A stretch of 63,253 bases of DNA, the filler included. It is 5 parts of 5 records of this genome, joined end to end, with 100 filler letters (N's around TTAATTAATTAA, not from the genome) between each part and the next. Parts side by side here need not be neighbours in the genome. Positions count along the whole stretch, not along the records: positions 1 to 15,231 come from SRR2962707_4584; 4 more parts are not named here. One strand, written 5' to 3'. Both the position numbers and the translations under genes were made by a program. Shown in pieces: positions 1 through 12,200 of this stretch. The stretch's first letter is position 1, and every line of letters begins with the position of its first letter. The notes below the pieces were generated by a model. The model worked only from the letters and a program-made list of their open reading frames with translations, ran no database searches and was not told the DNA's origin.

Positions 1-13
1 GCTCTTCCGATCT
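1..13 (+). other. Illumina TruSeq adapter remnant at contig start
   Basis: First 13 nt are GCTCTTCCGATCT, the common 3' end of Illumina adapters/sequencing primers. Confidence 0.9.
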
Positions 14-136
14 TTTGTGTCGGTTCTTTCTTTCGTCGTTGCTGTGTGCGTTGGGGGTTAGACAAACCCACCTGCACTCATCACAACTCCCCGCACAAAT
101 CAACACTAACCCAACTTCTTGTTGGGCGGGTGACTA

Positions 137-168
137 ACAACAACAACAATAAAAACAACAACGACAAT
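137..168 (+). repeat. Imperfect (AAC)n microsatellite in probable 5' UTR
   Basis: aacaacaacaacaataaaaacaacaacgacaat upstream of the ATG at 254. Confidence 0.7.
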
Positions 169-253
169 AGAAACATCGACTCACAGGCCCACAGCAAACT
201 CTCCTCCTTTCTACGCCTTGACGCGGTTGGACTACCAGTCCACGCCGGAAGCA

Positions 254-3200
254 ATGGCCCTTCATCGAAGGGCTTTTGTTGGCACAGCAACAGCTCTGCT
301 GCTGGTCGCCTCGGTCAACGCCTACTCGTCCCCAACGTACTCATCCTCCGCGTGCCGATCCGTCGTTGGGAGTAGTTTTCGCTCGAGCTGGGTTGGCGAC
401 GGCTATTGCGACAACCCGCGGTACAATGTCGCCAGCTGCGACTGGGACGGTGGCGACTGCTGCGACGACACCTGCCAAAACAACGACTACACCTGCGGCG
501 TCGCTGGGTTTAACTGCCTGAACCCTGCTGCGGGCGCCTGCCCCTCCACTTGCGAGGGCTCCTACACATGCGACGAGTACCAAGCTGCTGGTGCCTCGCA
601 AACCTGCGAATTCCTGGAGTCTGAGTTCGGGTGCAACTGTGCAGGCTGCGACTGTATTCCTCCCGCTGACCCGTGCGTGGACTTTCTGGGTGTGGACTGC
701 AGCCGATATGGAGAAGCTGGAGACTTTGAGTCGAACCTTTTGTGCTTCGAGCCCGACGCGTCGGGCCTGCTTCCCCAGATGGAGGCCTGCTGTGTTTGTA
801 AGGAACTCTCTCCCTCACATGACTATCTTGTCCCCTGGACTTACACCGGCATGCAGCAAGTGAGTGGTCCGCCCAGCGGCGTGTCCCAATCTTCCGCCAT
901 GTCCTACTTCGAAACCGGCTACGACTACCCGTCGCTTGATGACGCATGTGTGCTGGTGGACTACTCTTCAACAATTTTTGGTCTCTCGTACGACGATATC
1001 TGGGTCTGCGCCAATGGAGTTCTCTCCTTTGGGGAGGCTGAGCTGGCGTACACGCCGGTTCCGATTCCGTATTCTTCTTTCCCAATGATTGCCGCGTTCT
1101 GGGCTGATGTGGATGTGCGATGTGGCTCTGGATCGTCCCTGAACCGCATCGGTGGATGTGGCCCGAACGGAGGAAACGCTTTTGGATATGCAATTGTCGA
1201 TACCAGTGACACATCCGATCCGGAAGGTCGGGTATATTCGGCCTTGGTCGCCCAACACATCCGAGCTCTGTACAATCCAGATTTTGCAGCTACATCTATG
1301 CTCGTTGCCACTTGGCATGAAGTCGGCTATTACTCGTTCCAGACCAACAAGCTGAACTCGTTCCAAGTCGTGCTTGTGAATGATGATGTCGCGACTGGCG
1401 AGTCTTTCGCTTGCCTGTACTTCAAAGACATCGAGTGGTCACTGGGACAAGTCAGCGGAAGCACCCACGCTCAAGTCGGGTTCGACAAAGGTGACTTCAC
1501 GACGTATTATGCCCATCCCGATTCCACGACGGCTGATATCGCCGACATTGGGTCCGATGGGGCACCTATCTGCTACCGTGTTGACACCGGTGAAATTTGT
1601 GGCCCGGGCGAGGTGTACATTGATGTCGCTACAGGCTGTGTGCCGCAAGGCTGCAACATCAACTCCGCCAATGGTGCTTTCACAGATCCATTCCTCCAAC
1701 CAGCAACGTCTGGTGGGTGCGAATTCGACCTTTCCCATGGTCAATCGTGCGCACTGAAGTGTGTGCAAGGCCGCATCGCTGATTCTGGGGCTTCCATGAC
1801 CACAACGTGCGAGGCGGGAGTGCTTCTGGACCCGGGCCCACAATGTGTGTCACCCGGAATCGCCATCACCCCTTCAGAGCTTGACCTGCTGGAAGGCGGC
1901 AGTGCAGCTCAATTCTATGTCCAGGCCCTTACGCCTGTCTACAATGATCCCGTCTGGGTCCACATGACTGCTGGCAATGCTGCAGCCGTGTCCATCACTG
2001 ACAGTTCCGGCTCGACCGTGTCAACTTTAGAGTTTACAGCCGAGAATTGGAACGTCCCGCAGGCAGTGCTTGTATCCGGCGTTCAAAACAGCCAGGTGGC
2101 TGCACAAGATGTGAGCACTTCGATCACTTTTGCCGTAGCATCTATTAACACCGCCTACAATTCCCTCGATTTGCCAAGTGTTTCAGTCAACATCGAAGAC
2201 GACGACTATGCTGCGATCATCGTGGACACGAGTGGGGTGCTGGCCGTTTCCGAAACGGATTCCACTGTCGACGCCTGCGATCGGTCCAACGGCGCAACCA
2301 CCACGATCAAATATGCGCTGTCGTCCCAGCCGTCGGGTGTGGTGACTCTCACCTTTGCTATCGCCGGCGCAAATGCTGCGCTTGGCCAAATTTGTGATAC
2401 GAACCGCCTTGTGTTCACAACGTCAAACTGGGCGACCCCTCAGTCATTGGTCGTGGCAGCACAGTCGACAAGCATTGATGAACCCGAAGGTCTGGGATTT
2501 TCCGTCACAGGGTCAGTCGGCACAGACGATCCCAACTACTCTGGACTCACAGTGGCAGCCGTGTCAGTTGGTTTCAATGACAATGACGTTTCTGGCATGT
2601 CTTTTGCCGCCAGTGGGGTGCGCCAAGTATTTGAAGGGGGGTCGGACGTCAATTTTGCGCTGAACTTGGATTCTGAGCCAACGTCCACTGTATCATTCCG
2701 TATCACGCTCAACGACACAGCCCACTGTGCACTGGCGAATGCTGCTTCCGACGGCTCGCTCACCATTGACGTGGCGCCTGCGCTGTGGGCATCTGATGTT
2801 ACTTTCTCGGTTGCAGCTGTCGATGATGACACCATCGACCCCACTGTGACATGCAAACTCACTGTTGCATCCGTCTCCAGTGACGGGAACTACAATGGCC
2901 TTACCGCGACGGCCCTCATCAACAAGTATGAAACTGATGTGGGAGGGTTTGCAATGGCCACTCCGAGTTCTGGGTACTTGTCTGTGAGCGAGGGTGGCTC
3001 CAGCACCCTTGGAGCATCTTTGACCGCGCGTCCCACAGCCCCTGTGACTGTGTCTGGCACTGTTGCGAGTTGGGACAGCACCGTCGGCGGTGAACCCACT
3101 GTGACCAGTGTTGTCATCAATCCTACTGCGTGGGCCAGCACCAATAACAAGCTGGTTGTGTCCTGCCCGGAGAACCTCATTCACACCTCTGGTTCTGCCG

Positions 3201-6200
3201 GGGTTGTGAATGCTACATTTTTTGAAATTGTGGTCGCGATCTCCTCTGCCGATGCCAACTTTAACGCTCTGCCGACCCAGACCATCACTGCGTTCTGCGA
3301 GGACAACGATGTCGCTGGGATTACCATTGCCACCTCCGAAGTGACCTGCGGTTGTGAAGCGTATGCCTCCGGTGCTACCGCAACGTCCACCGTGCTCTGC
3401 TCCAAGCTTGATGCTGGTGTATTGACCTGCGTCCCTCCATCATCGTCAACGGGCTTGTGCGAACCCGACGAAGGAACCTGCACTGCTTCGAGTGCAGGAT
3501 TTGAAGGACGGTCTATTACGAATGTTTTTCTTGCTGAGGGTGGTGATTCACGCACGTTCTCGCTGCAATTACTAAGTATCCCCACGGACCCGGTGACCCT
3601 TTCTTGCACGAGCTCCGATTCCGGGCGCGTTACTGTGTCTGTACCCGCGGCAACGCTCACTCCCGATTCGTCCTCGGACCTGACTAGCATGGTCTTGTTC
3701 GTTGAAGTGTCCCCTGTCGCAGACGCGGTGGATCGCCCTACTGAAGCGTTCTCGATCAGCTGCGGTCTGACATCAGCTGACGAGCACTACAATGGCATTA
3801 GCCGTGTGTTCATTCGCGGAGCTGTCACGGACGACGACGTCGCCGGGATCACCCACAGCCCGCTATCGGCCAAAACTTACGAGAGCGATACAACTGCAGA
3901 CCCAGCAACTTCCACGGTGATTTCGGTCGTCCTCGACTCGCAGCCGACAGCCGATGTTGTTATTTCGGCTTCACTGTCGTCGAATGCCCCGGCGTCCATT
4001 GTCGCAGGTGCTACCTTGACTTTTACGGCTGCTAATTACGCCACACCGCAAACGGTAGAGTTGCAAGGAATTGATGACGACATCGCTCAAGCAGGTCCGA
4101 CTGCGTACTCTGTGACGCTTGATATCAGCTCAGCCAGCGACACCGTGTACAACAGCCAAGCGAGTATCTCTGTCGCGATGCAGAACTTGAACGATGATGC
4201 TGCAGGGCTTGCTGTTGGCACAAGCAGTGAGCTCACGTCGGAAGATCCTGCCAGTCCGTTCAATCCGGCAGAGTTCACTGTTGCCTTGAAGTCTGAGCCC
4301 CTGTCCGACGTGGAAGTCTCGTGCGCATCGTCCGATACCCTCATTGCTGTGTGCTCGGGAACTGGAAGTGTGACATTTACATCCGGTAATTGGAACACGC
4401 CGCAGACGCTGCAGGTGGTTGGAGTCGACAATGACGTCGCGAGCGCTGACGCCTCATACTCGATATCGCTCACAACGGCATCGAGCGATAGCAACTACGC
4501 GTCGTTGATGAGTAGTTTTGCCATGTCGAATTTGAACGATGATATTGCTGGTGTAGCCACAACATACTCCACGGCACTAGTGACTTCCGAAGACCCGGAC
4601 ACGGCTGGAGTTTCCGTTTGCCTTGCACTGGAAAGCGAACCTACAAGCACCGTGGTTATTACTGCTTCCTCGTCGAACACGGTTGAGGCCTTGGTCAACG
4701 GCGGGGGTTCTGCCGCTTTGAGCTTTGGTGCGCTAAATTGGGACTTGGCGCAGTGTGTAGATGTGTCGGGGGTTCGCGATTTTATTCAAGATGGGACGAA
4801 GAGCTACCAAGTTTTGTTCAGCGCTGCAGCCAGCGATGCTGCGTATGACGGCATTGACGTCGCTAGTCTCAATTTCGAAAACCTTGATATTGACGTCGCT
4901 GGCTTTGCCATCGTGGACACCCAAATTGTGGATCCCGTATCCTCTGCGCGTCGCCGCCTTTTTTCTGTGGACCAGTCGCCCCGAGTCACATCCGAGGATG
5001 GTGTTGCTCTCGAGATTGATGTCGTGTTGATGTCTAAACCTGCTGCTTCGGTTGTACTCTGCGGTGCAAGTTCTGACATATCGGAAGGGACCTTTCCGTC
5101 TGCTGATGGCGCCTGTGTGACGTTCAACGCGGCTACGTGGAACGATTCCCAACCGCTTACTCTGACCGGAGTTGACGATGATACTGTTGACGGGCCCATC
5201 GTTTACAATGCCTCCATCTTCGTGTCTGACACCACAGATGCGAACTACAACCGCCTTTTGCCCAAGATTGTCAGCGTCACCAACCTTGACAACGACGTGG
5301 CAGCCATCGACGTGTCTCGCTCTGGCTTCGAAACGTCCGAAGCTGGTGCCTCGCAAGTCATCTCTATCAGTTTGACGTCCCGTCCAACTGGTTCGGTCTC
5401 AATCACATCGTTGTCCAGTGACGAGTCTGAAGGCGTTTTGGACGTGGTACCCTTGGTGATTGCCGCTGAAGACTGGAACACTGTGCACGAGCTCACTGTC
5501 ACTGGAGTTGCTGACAACATCGATGATGGGGACCAATCGTACAGCGTTTCGTTCACTGTTTCATCAACCGACAGCAACTACGATGGTTTTGGCCTCGAGT
5601 CGTTGTCCTTCGTGAACACAGACGACGACACAGCAGAAGTTCTTGCCAGTGTCAATGGCGTGCAAACGTACGAAAGTGGCCAAGGCGTCGTGAGGGCATC
5701 TGTGTCCCTGGCCACACAGCCTTCTGCCGATGTGACAATTTCGGCCATTGTCAGTGATTTTTCGGAAGGATATGTTTCTCCAGCTCAACTCCAATTCAAC
5801 TCCACGAACTATGCGCAGGCGCAGATGTTGACAGTCAAAGGTGTGAAGGACTTTATGGTGGATGGTAACATTCAGTACACGCTGTCGTTGTCATCCAGCT
5901 CGTCCAGTGCAACTGAGTTCGCGGGGCTGCAGGACCTCGAGTTCGCGCTTGTAAATGTTGACGAAGATGAGGCAGGTTTGGTGATCAGCAAGACCAACGC
6001 ATTCGTAACTGAGGCGGGAGGAACGACGTCGTTCACTGTCGAGCTCCTTAGCATGCCATCGAGTGACGTGACGATCACTGTTGCATCTGACGACTCAACG
6101 GAGGGTACCGTGAGCAGTGGTTCGCTGCTGACATTTACCAGCGCTGACTGGAACGTGACCCAAACTGTTGTGGTTCAAGGCGTTGATGACGATCTCGTTG

Positions 6201-9200
6201 ACGGTGAAACGTCATTTTCTGTGCTAATTGCAGCCTCGTCCGACGACGCCAACTACGACGGTGGAAACGTCGACACGTCCGTTACGGTGTATAATGACGA
6301 TGATGACTTTGCTTCGCTGACGTTTTCGCTTTGTGCGGACTCGACCCCAGTGGTGTCTGAGGGTTCTGCGACGACTGCCTGCGTTGAAGCATCCCTGTCG
6401 TCTGAACCGTACTTCGACGTCACGGTCGCGCTTTCGGCCGATGCAACCGAAGCTGGTTTGTCACCGGCGAGTCTAACTTTCACGGCTTCTGATTGGTCAA
6501 CTCCTCAGATGGCGCTCGTGTCTTCGGTTGACGATAATTTCCAGGACGGTAGTCAAACATACTGCGTTGATGCGGCAACCACGTCTACTGACCCGGCTTA
6601 TGATGGCTTGTCACTGTGCATCTCAATGACCACCACCGACGATGATTTGGCTGCAGTCATTGTATCGCCTGCCAATGAATATATCTCCATTGTGGAGGGG
6701 GGGCGCGGTAATTTTTCCCTTTCCCTGCAGTCAGAGCCAGAGAATGGTGATGTGACGATATCTGCTGCGATCGCTCCTGCTTCCGCTGCTGCCTTGGACG
6801 TAGCCTTTTTCACTTTTACATCAGGAAACTGGAATGTGCCACAGCATGTGTTCTACACTGTCAGTGAAGACAGCACGGTATCTGGTTTTGGGGAACTTGA
6901 TTTCTGGATCCACTTCGGATCCTCTGGTTCCGTCGATCCTGTATATGCGGCACTTCAGAACAACAGTGTCGAAGTGGTGGTGTTGGAGAATGACGTGGCT
7001 GGCGTGTCGGCTTCTGCAGCTTCTGTTCACACCTCCGAAGTGGGAACGTCGACAGCAGTTGCTGTGTCGCTTGCATCGGTCCCGACAAATGACGTGACCG
7101 TCACCTGCTTCAGCACGGACACAACCGAGGCAGTCGTGGCTCCCACGGCGCTGGTGTTCTCAGACATGGAGCCTCAGGATCTCACTATCACAGGACAAGA
7201 TGATTTTGTGATGGATGGAGCGCAGACTTACACGATTGCCTGCTCGATTGGTTCTGCCGATGGGTTCTACGACGGCCTGTTCAGCTTTAATGTCACCGGC
7301 ACGAATTCTGACGACGACGTGGCTGGAATTGATGTCACGAACACGGGCACCACGACTTCCGAAGCAGGCGCCAACCGATCATTCGCTGTGCGGTTGACGT
7401 CGGAGCCGGTTGACAACGTGACAATTACGGCCGTCAGTTCGAACACCGGAGAAGGGGATGTTGCCCTTCCTGACCAACTTTCCTTTTCTCGTGAAAACTG
7501 GAACACGTCTCAATTGTTTCTGGTTCAGGGACAAGATGACTGCGTAGTTGATGGCCCTGTCGCCTACAATGCGACCTTTTCGTCAAGCTCGCAAGGTGAC
7601 AGCATTTATGATGGTCTCGCGGCTATCGTCGAGTCCATGACAAACACAGACAACGATCGCATGCTCATCGCACTCGAAGCGTCCAGCCTTCGTACGTCTG
7701 AAGCTGGCGCATGCGTAGATGTCACCGTGTCTCTCTCCGCTCGTTTGTACGGATCAGCAACATTTTCACTGACCTCCTCTGATTTTGGAGAGGGGGGTGT
7801 CGTCAACGGGACTGGCAATGTCGCCCAGTCGGCGTTGATGGTCCTCGACCCCGCAGATTACTCGTGTGCTGAAGGCACATTGACGTTTGTTGCTTGCGGA
7901 GTTGATGATTCGTTAGACGATGGCGATGTCAGTTATTCGCTGACTGCTGAGTGTGTGGCAGTTGCCGATACTCGCGACTCAGCCTTGGTTGGAATGGACG
8001 CCGCCGTGCAAATGGTCAATGAGGACAATGACTCATCCAATGTTGGCCTTAGCTCAAGTTCTGATGAGGCAGTCGCTGTTGCCGGCGGGCTAGTTACCGA
8101 TGAGAATGGTAGCCCGTCAAACGGTGGAAACTTATTTTTGTTCATCACCTCCCAACCCTACTCCGCAGTCACGGCCACTGTCAGCTGCAATGATACATCG
8201 GAAGTCGTGATCAAAACGGCTAGTGGGAGCTACGGTAGCACAGCAGTGTACACGTTTCCGGCTGGAGACGGCTGGGACGCCAAACCCCAAATCTTCTACC
8301 AGGGCGTTAACGACAACCTCGTCGACGGGGCCCAGCCCGTTCTTTGCACAACAACTCTGTCCTCCGATGACGTTCAATATGACGGTCTCGCCAAGGTTAT
8401 CGTTGTTTCAAACCTTGACAATGATGTTGCTGGCGCCATCGCAACCGCCTCGTCTGCTCCGTTGACAACGGAAGCCGGTGGCTCGTTTAACGTCAGCGTG
8501 GTTTTGACTGCTGAACCATTTTCTGCGGTCACTATTAGCGCAAGTGTCAGTGACACTAACCAAGCAACTGTAAGTCCTTCGTCGATCATTGTCGACCCTT
8601 CGGCTTGGAACTCCCCTGTGGTGTTCACTCTGACGGGTGTGGACAATGATATTGTCGATGGTACGATGCCTTACAGTGTGTCGTTCTCAACGGCGAGCGA
8701 CGACGCAAACTTTGCCGGGTTGGCAGTAACGTCCATCAACGGCGAAACATCGGACGACGATGTTGGAGGATTTGAAGCAATTGCACCTAATCCTGCTCTA
8801 ACCGGCGAGCCGAACATTATTTGCTGCACGTCAACTTCCATTGAAGTGAAGCTCACTGCGGAGCCGCAAGAGGACGTCGTCATAACTGCCTGTTCTCCTG
8901 ATCTTGGCGGCCGGGAAGGCACTGTCTCTCTGTCACCAGACTCACCTGGCACACAAAACGTCTGCGTCGACCTCACTTTTGCGCAGGGCGACGACTGGAC
9001 CGTTTCGCAGACAGTGTATGTCACTGGCGGCAACGATGATATTGACGACGATTCACAAGACTACAATATCTACTTTTCTTCGTCATCCGCAGACCTGGCA
9101 TTCGACAGCAAATCAGACACTGTGGGACTTGTAAACGTCGACGACGACGTGGCGACGGTAATCACCTGGCTGCCTGCCTCTGCTGCTCGCGTCTACGAAG

Positions 9201-12200
9201 GAAACACTTCCACTTATGGCTACACCATTGTTCTGAACTCGGAGCCGGTCGACGATGTTGCGATCGCTCTGGCGTCGGACAACGAAGCTCAAATCACGGT
9301 TGCCCCTGCCTCCCTGATTTTTACGCCTTCAAACTGGGATCAGCCACAGGTGGTTTCGGTCTCCAGTGTTGACAATGATCTTGATGAAGGTGACATTGCC
9401 GCAAGTGTTGTCGCAACCGTAACTTCTGCAACAGACGCCAAATACAATGGGATTGGTGTTGACGACGTATCAGTTTTGTGCGTGAATGACGACGTGGCCG
9501 ATATTGGAGTCGCGCTTGCCTCAGGGTCGCCTTCTGTGACGGCTGAGGATGGAAGCACTGTCACCCTCGACGTGTGGTTGACGGCGGAACCTACGGGAAC
9601 AGTGTCATTGGCGGTGGCGGTGTCCGATGCCACCGAGGCAAAGGTGATGCCCGGCAGCTTCTTCGTCACGTTTACCCCGTCAGACTACAACGTGCCTCAG
9701 CAGGTCGTTGTTGCTGGTGTTGCTGATAATATGGTGGACGGCAGTATTTACTACGATGTTGATTTTTCAGTGGACTCAGGGAGCTTTGATCACGCAGGTG
9801 TCGCCGCTTCGGCAACATATTCTTTGTCAAACTCTGATATCGATGTAGCAAGTTTGCTTGTCGAAGCAGGGGGCTCCTCGACAGTGAGCGAAACCGGAAC
9901 GAGCACCGGATTTCTTTTCAGCCTATCATCCAAACCGTATAATGCGGTGACGGTTGTCGCTCAAGTGAGTAACGCACAAGAAATTCTTGCGTCGGCCAGC
10001 GGCCGCACTGCAGCTTCTGTGACCATCAGTTTCACCCCTGAGCAGTGGGACATGCAGAAAGCAATTGCCTTCATTGGTGTGGACGACGACCGCGCAGATG
10101 GACCGCAGGCTGTGGCTGTCAGTTTTACACTGCAATCTGAAGACAGTGACTACAACGGGCTGAGCGTTACCCCAGTTGACCTGACAAACAATGACGACGA
10201 CGTTGCAAGTGTTGATGTTGAAGCTCCTTTCAGTGTTGGGGTCGTTAGTGAGTCCCAAGCCGGGGTTACTTTTACGCTTGTGCTGAGCTCGGAGCCCTAT
10301 GAGGATGTTGTCGTGAACGCCTCCTCGACTGACGCAAGTGTGGGCACAGTCAAGGGCTCTGGTGTGTTCACTTTCACAGCTGCGAACTGGTCAGAACCAC
10401 AGTCTGTGGCCGTGGTGGCGACAACGACAGCTCGGGCGGATCGTGTTCTCGACTTCCAAGTTCAGTTTGAGGTCACATCAGACGATGATGCCTATGACGG
10501 CTTTGAAATCGATAACATTTTCTTCGAAAAGATCGATTTAACGACTGTGGGAATTGCGCGCTCGCCCTCGGCAAGTACGACGTACGAAGACCCATCCCGA
10601 GACCCAGCCACAATCGTCGTGTCCATTTTGTCGCAGCCGCACGCAGATGTTGTGATAGCTGTCGCGTCAACAGACACCGCTGAAGGGGCTATATCTCCTT
10701 CGACCCTGACGTTCACTGGTTTGAACTGGCAAACTGCACAAGTACTTACTGTCAGCGGTGTTGATGACAATGTCGACGACATTAATGTCGACTACAATAT
10801 CACTTTTGTTGTATCCTCTACGGACCCTGACTATGATGGATTCAGCATTGCCTCTGCCACCTTCACGAATGTTAACGATGACCGTGCGGGGGTCGCATCC
10901 GAGGTGATAGGTGCGGTTGTGCTCTACGAGGCGACGGCCCTTAACGATCTTGACTACGGGAGCGCGCCACAACCAGCACTCTGTGCTGTTCTGGAGACTG
11001 AGCCTGTCAGCGATGTAATCGCCACGGTGACTAACTCAGCCCCGTCACAGGCACAGGTGGGGCAAGAATCCTTTTCGTTTACAGCTGCAAACTGGATGGT
11101 CCAGCAATGTATTACAGTGGATCCAGTGGATGACTTTGTGGCGGATGGAGACATGCCTGCCACCATCACCTTCAATTTCACGTCCGCGGATCCCAACTAC
11201 GATGGTGTTGTGAGCCAAAGTGTGTCACAGGTGTACCAAATCGTTGACAATGATCATACGGGCATTACCACCTCGACCACAAACATGCAAATCACTGAAG
11301 ACGAGACAGCAATTGTAACCGTGGCTCTGGAAAGCGAGCCTGTCGATACAGTGACTGTGTATCTCACTCCGTATGACACATCCGAAGTGGACGTGCAGCC
11401 CGCTGCACTCATATTTACTGCTGCCGACTGGGACGTACCACAGGAGGCGTCAGTGTTAGCAGTCCACGACTTTGTCGATGACGGCGACGTGGTTTCGATG
11501 GTTTTGGTGTCATCAGCAAGCGCCGACGCCGGGTACGCTGGACTGCAACTGAACGTGACAATCGAGTCCATTGACATTGATGTTGCTGGTCTGCAGGCAG
11601 TTGCACCTACGTCTGGGTTTTTGGATGTCTCGGAAGAGGGAACGCAGGAGCAATTTGGCATTGTGCTGCATTCTCGTCCACTGTCGGCAGTCTCGTTGAC
11701 GCTGGTAACGTCCGATTCTACAGAGTGTGTGCTCACTGAAAGCAATGTGGTCATTGAGCCAGATAGTTGGGACAGTCAGTCAGTCGTGACCGTCGTGGGC
11801 GTCGATGACCTGATTTTCGATCAGGATCAACCTTGCGCTGTGACAATCCAGGCCATATCTAGTTCAGACCCGATCTACAACTCTCTTAACGTGGTGGATG
11901 ACGAGCTGCTGCAATTCACGAACATCGATGATGATGTTGCTGGTATTGTATGTGTGCCGCTCGCTCACACGACCTCGGAAGCAACGCTCACGCCTGTGCG
12001 ATCCGTCGTGACCCTGACATCGCAGCCACTGCAACCCGTGTCGATTAGCTACGAGAGTTCTGATACGACAGAAGGAATCGCTTCTGGCACAATTCAACTC
12101 GATGAAACGAATTGGTTCATTGGACAGACGGTCACTATCTACCCCGTCGACGATGACTTGGCTGACGGCCGTCAAACGTATACTGTCGATTTTGATCCAG

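Noticed and set aside
218-253. TTG start of the giant ORF at 218
   Set aside because: The context is eukaryotic, and ATG 254 directly begins a signal peptide.
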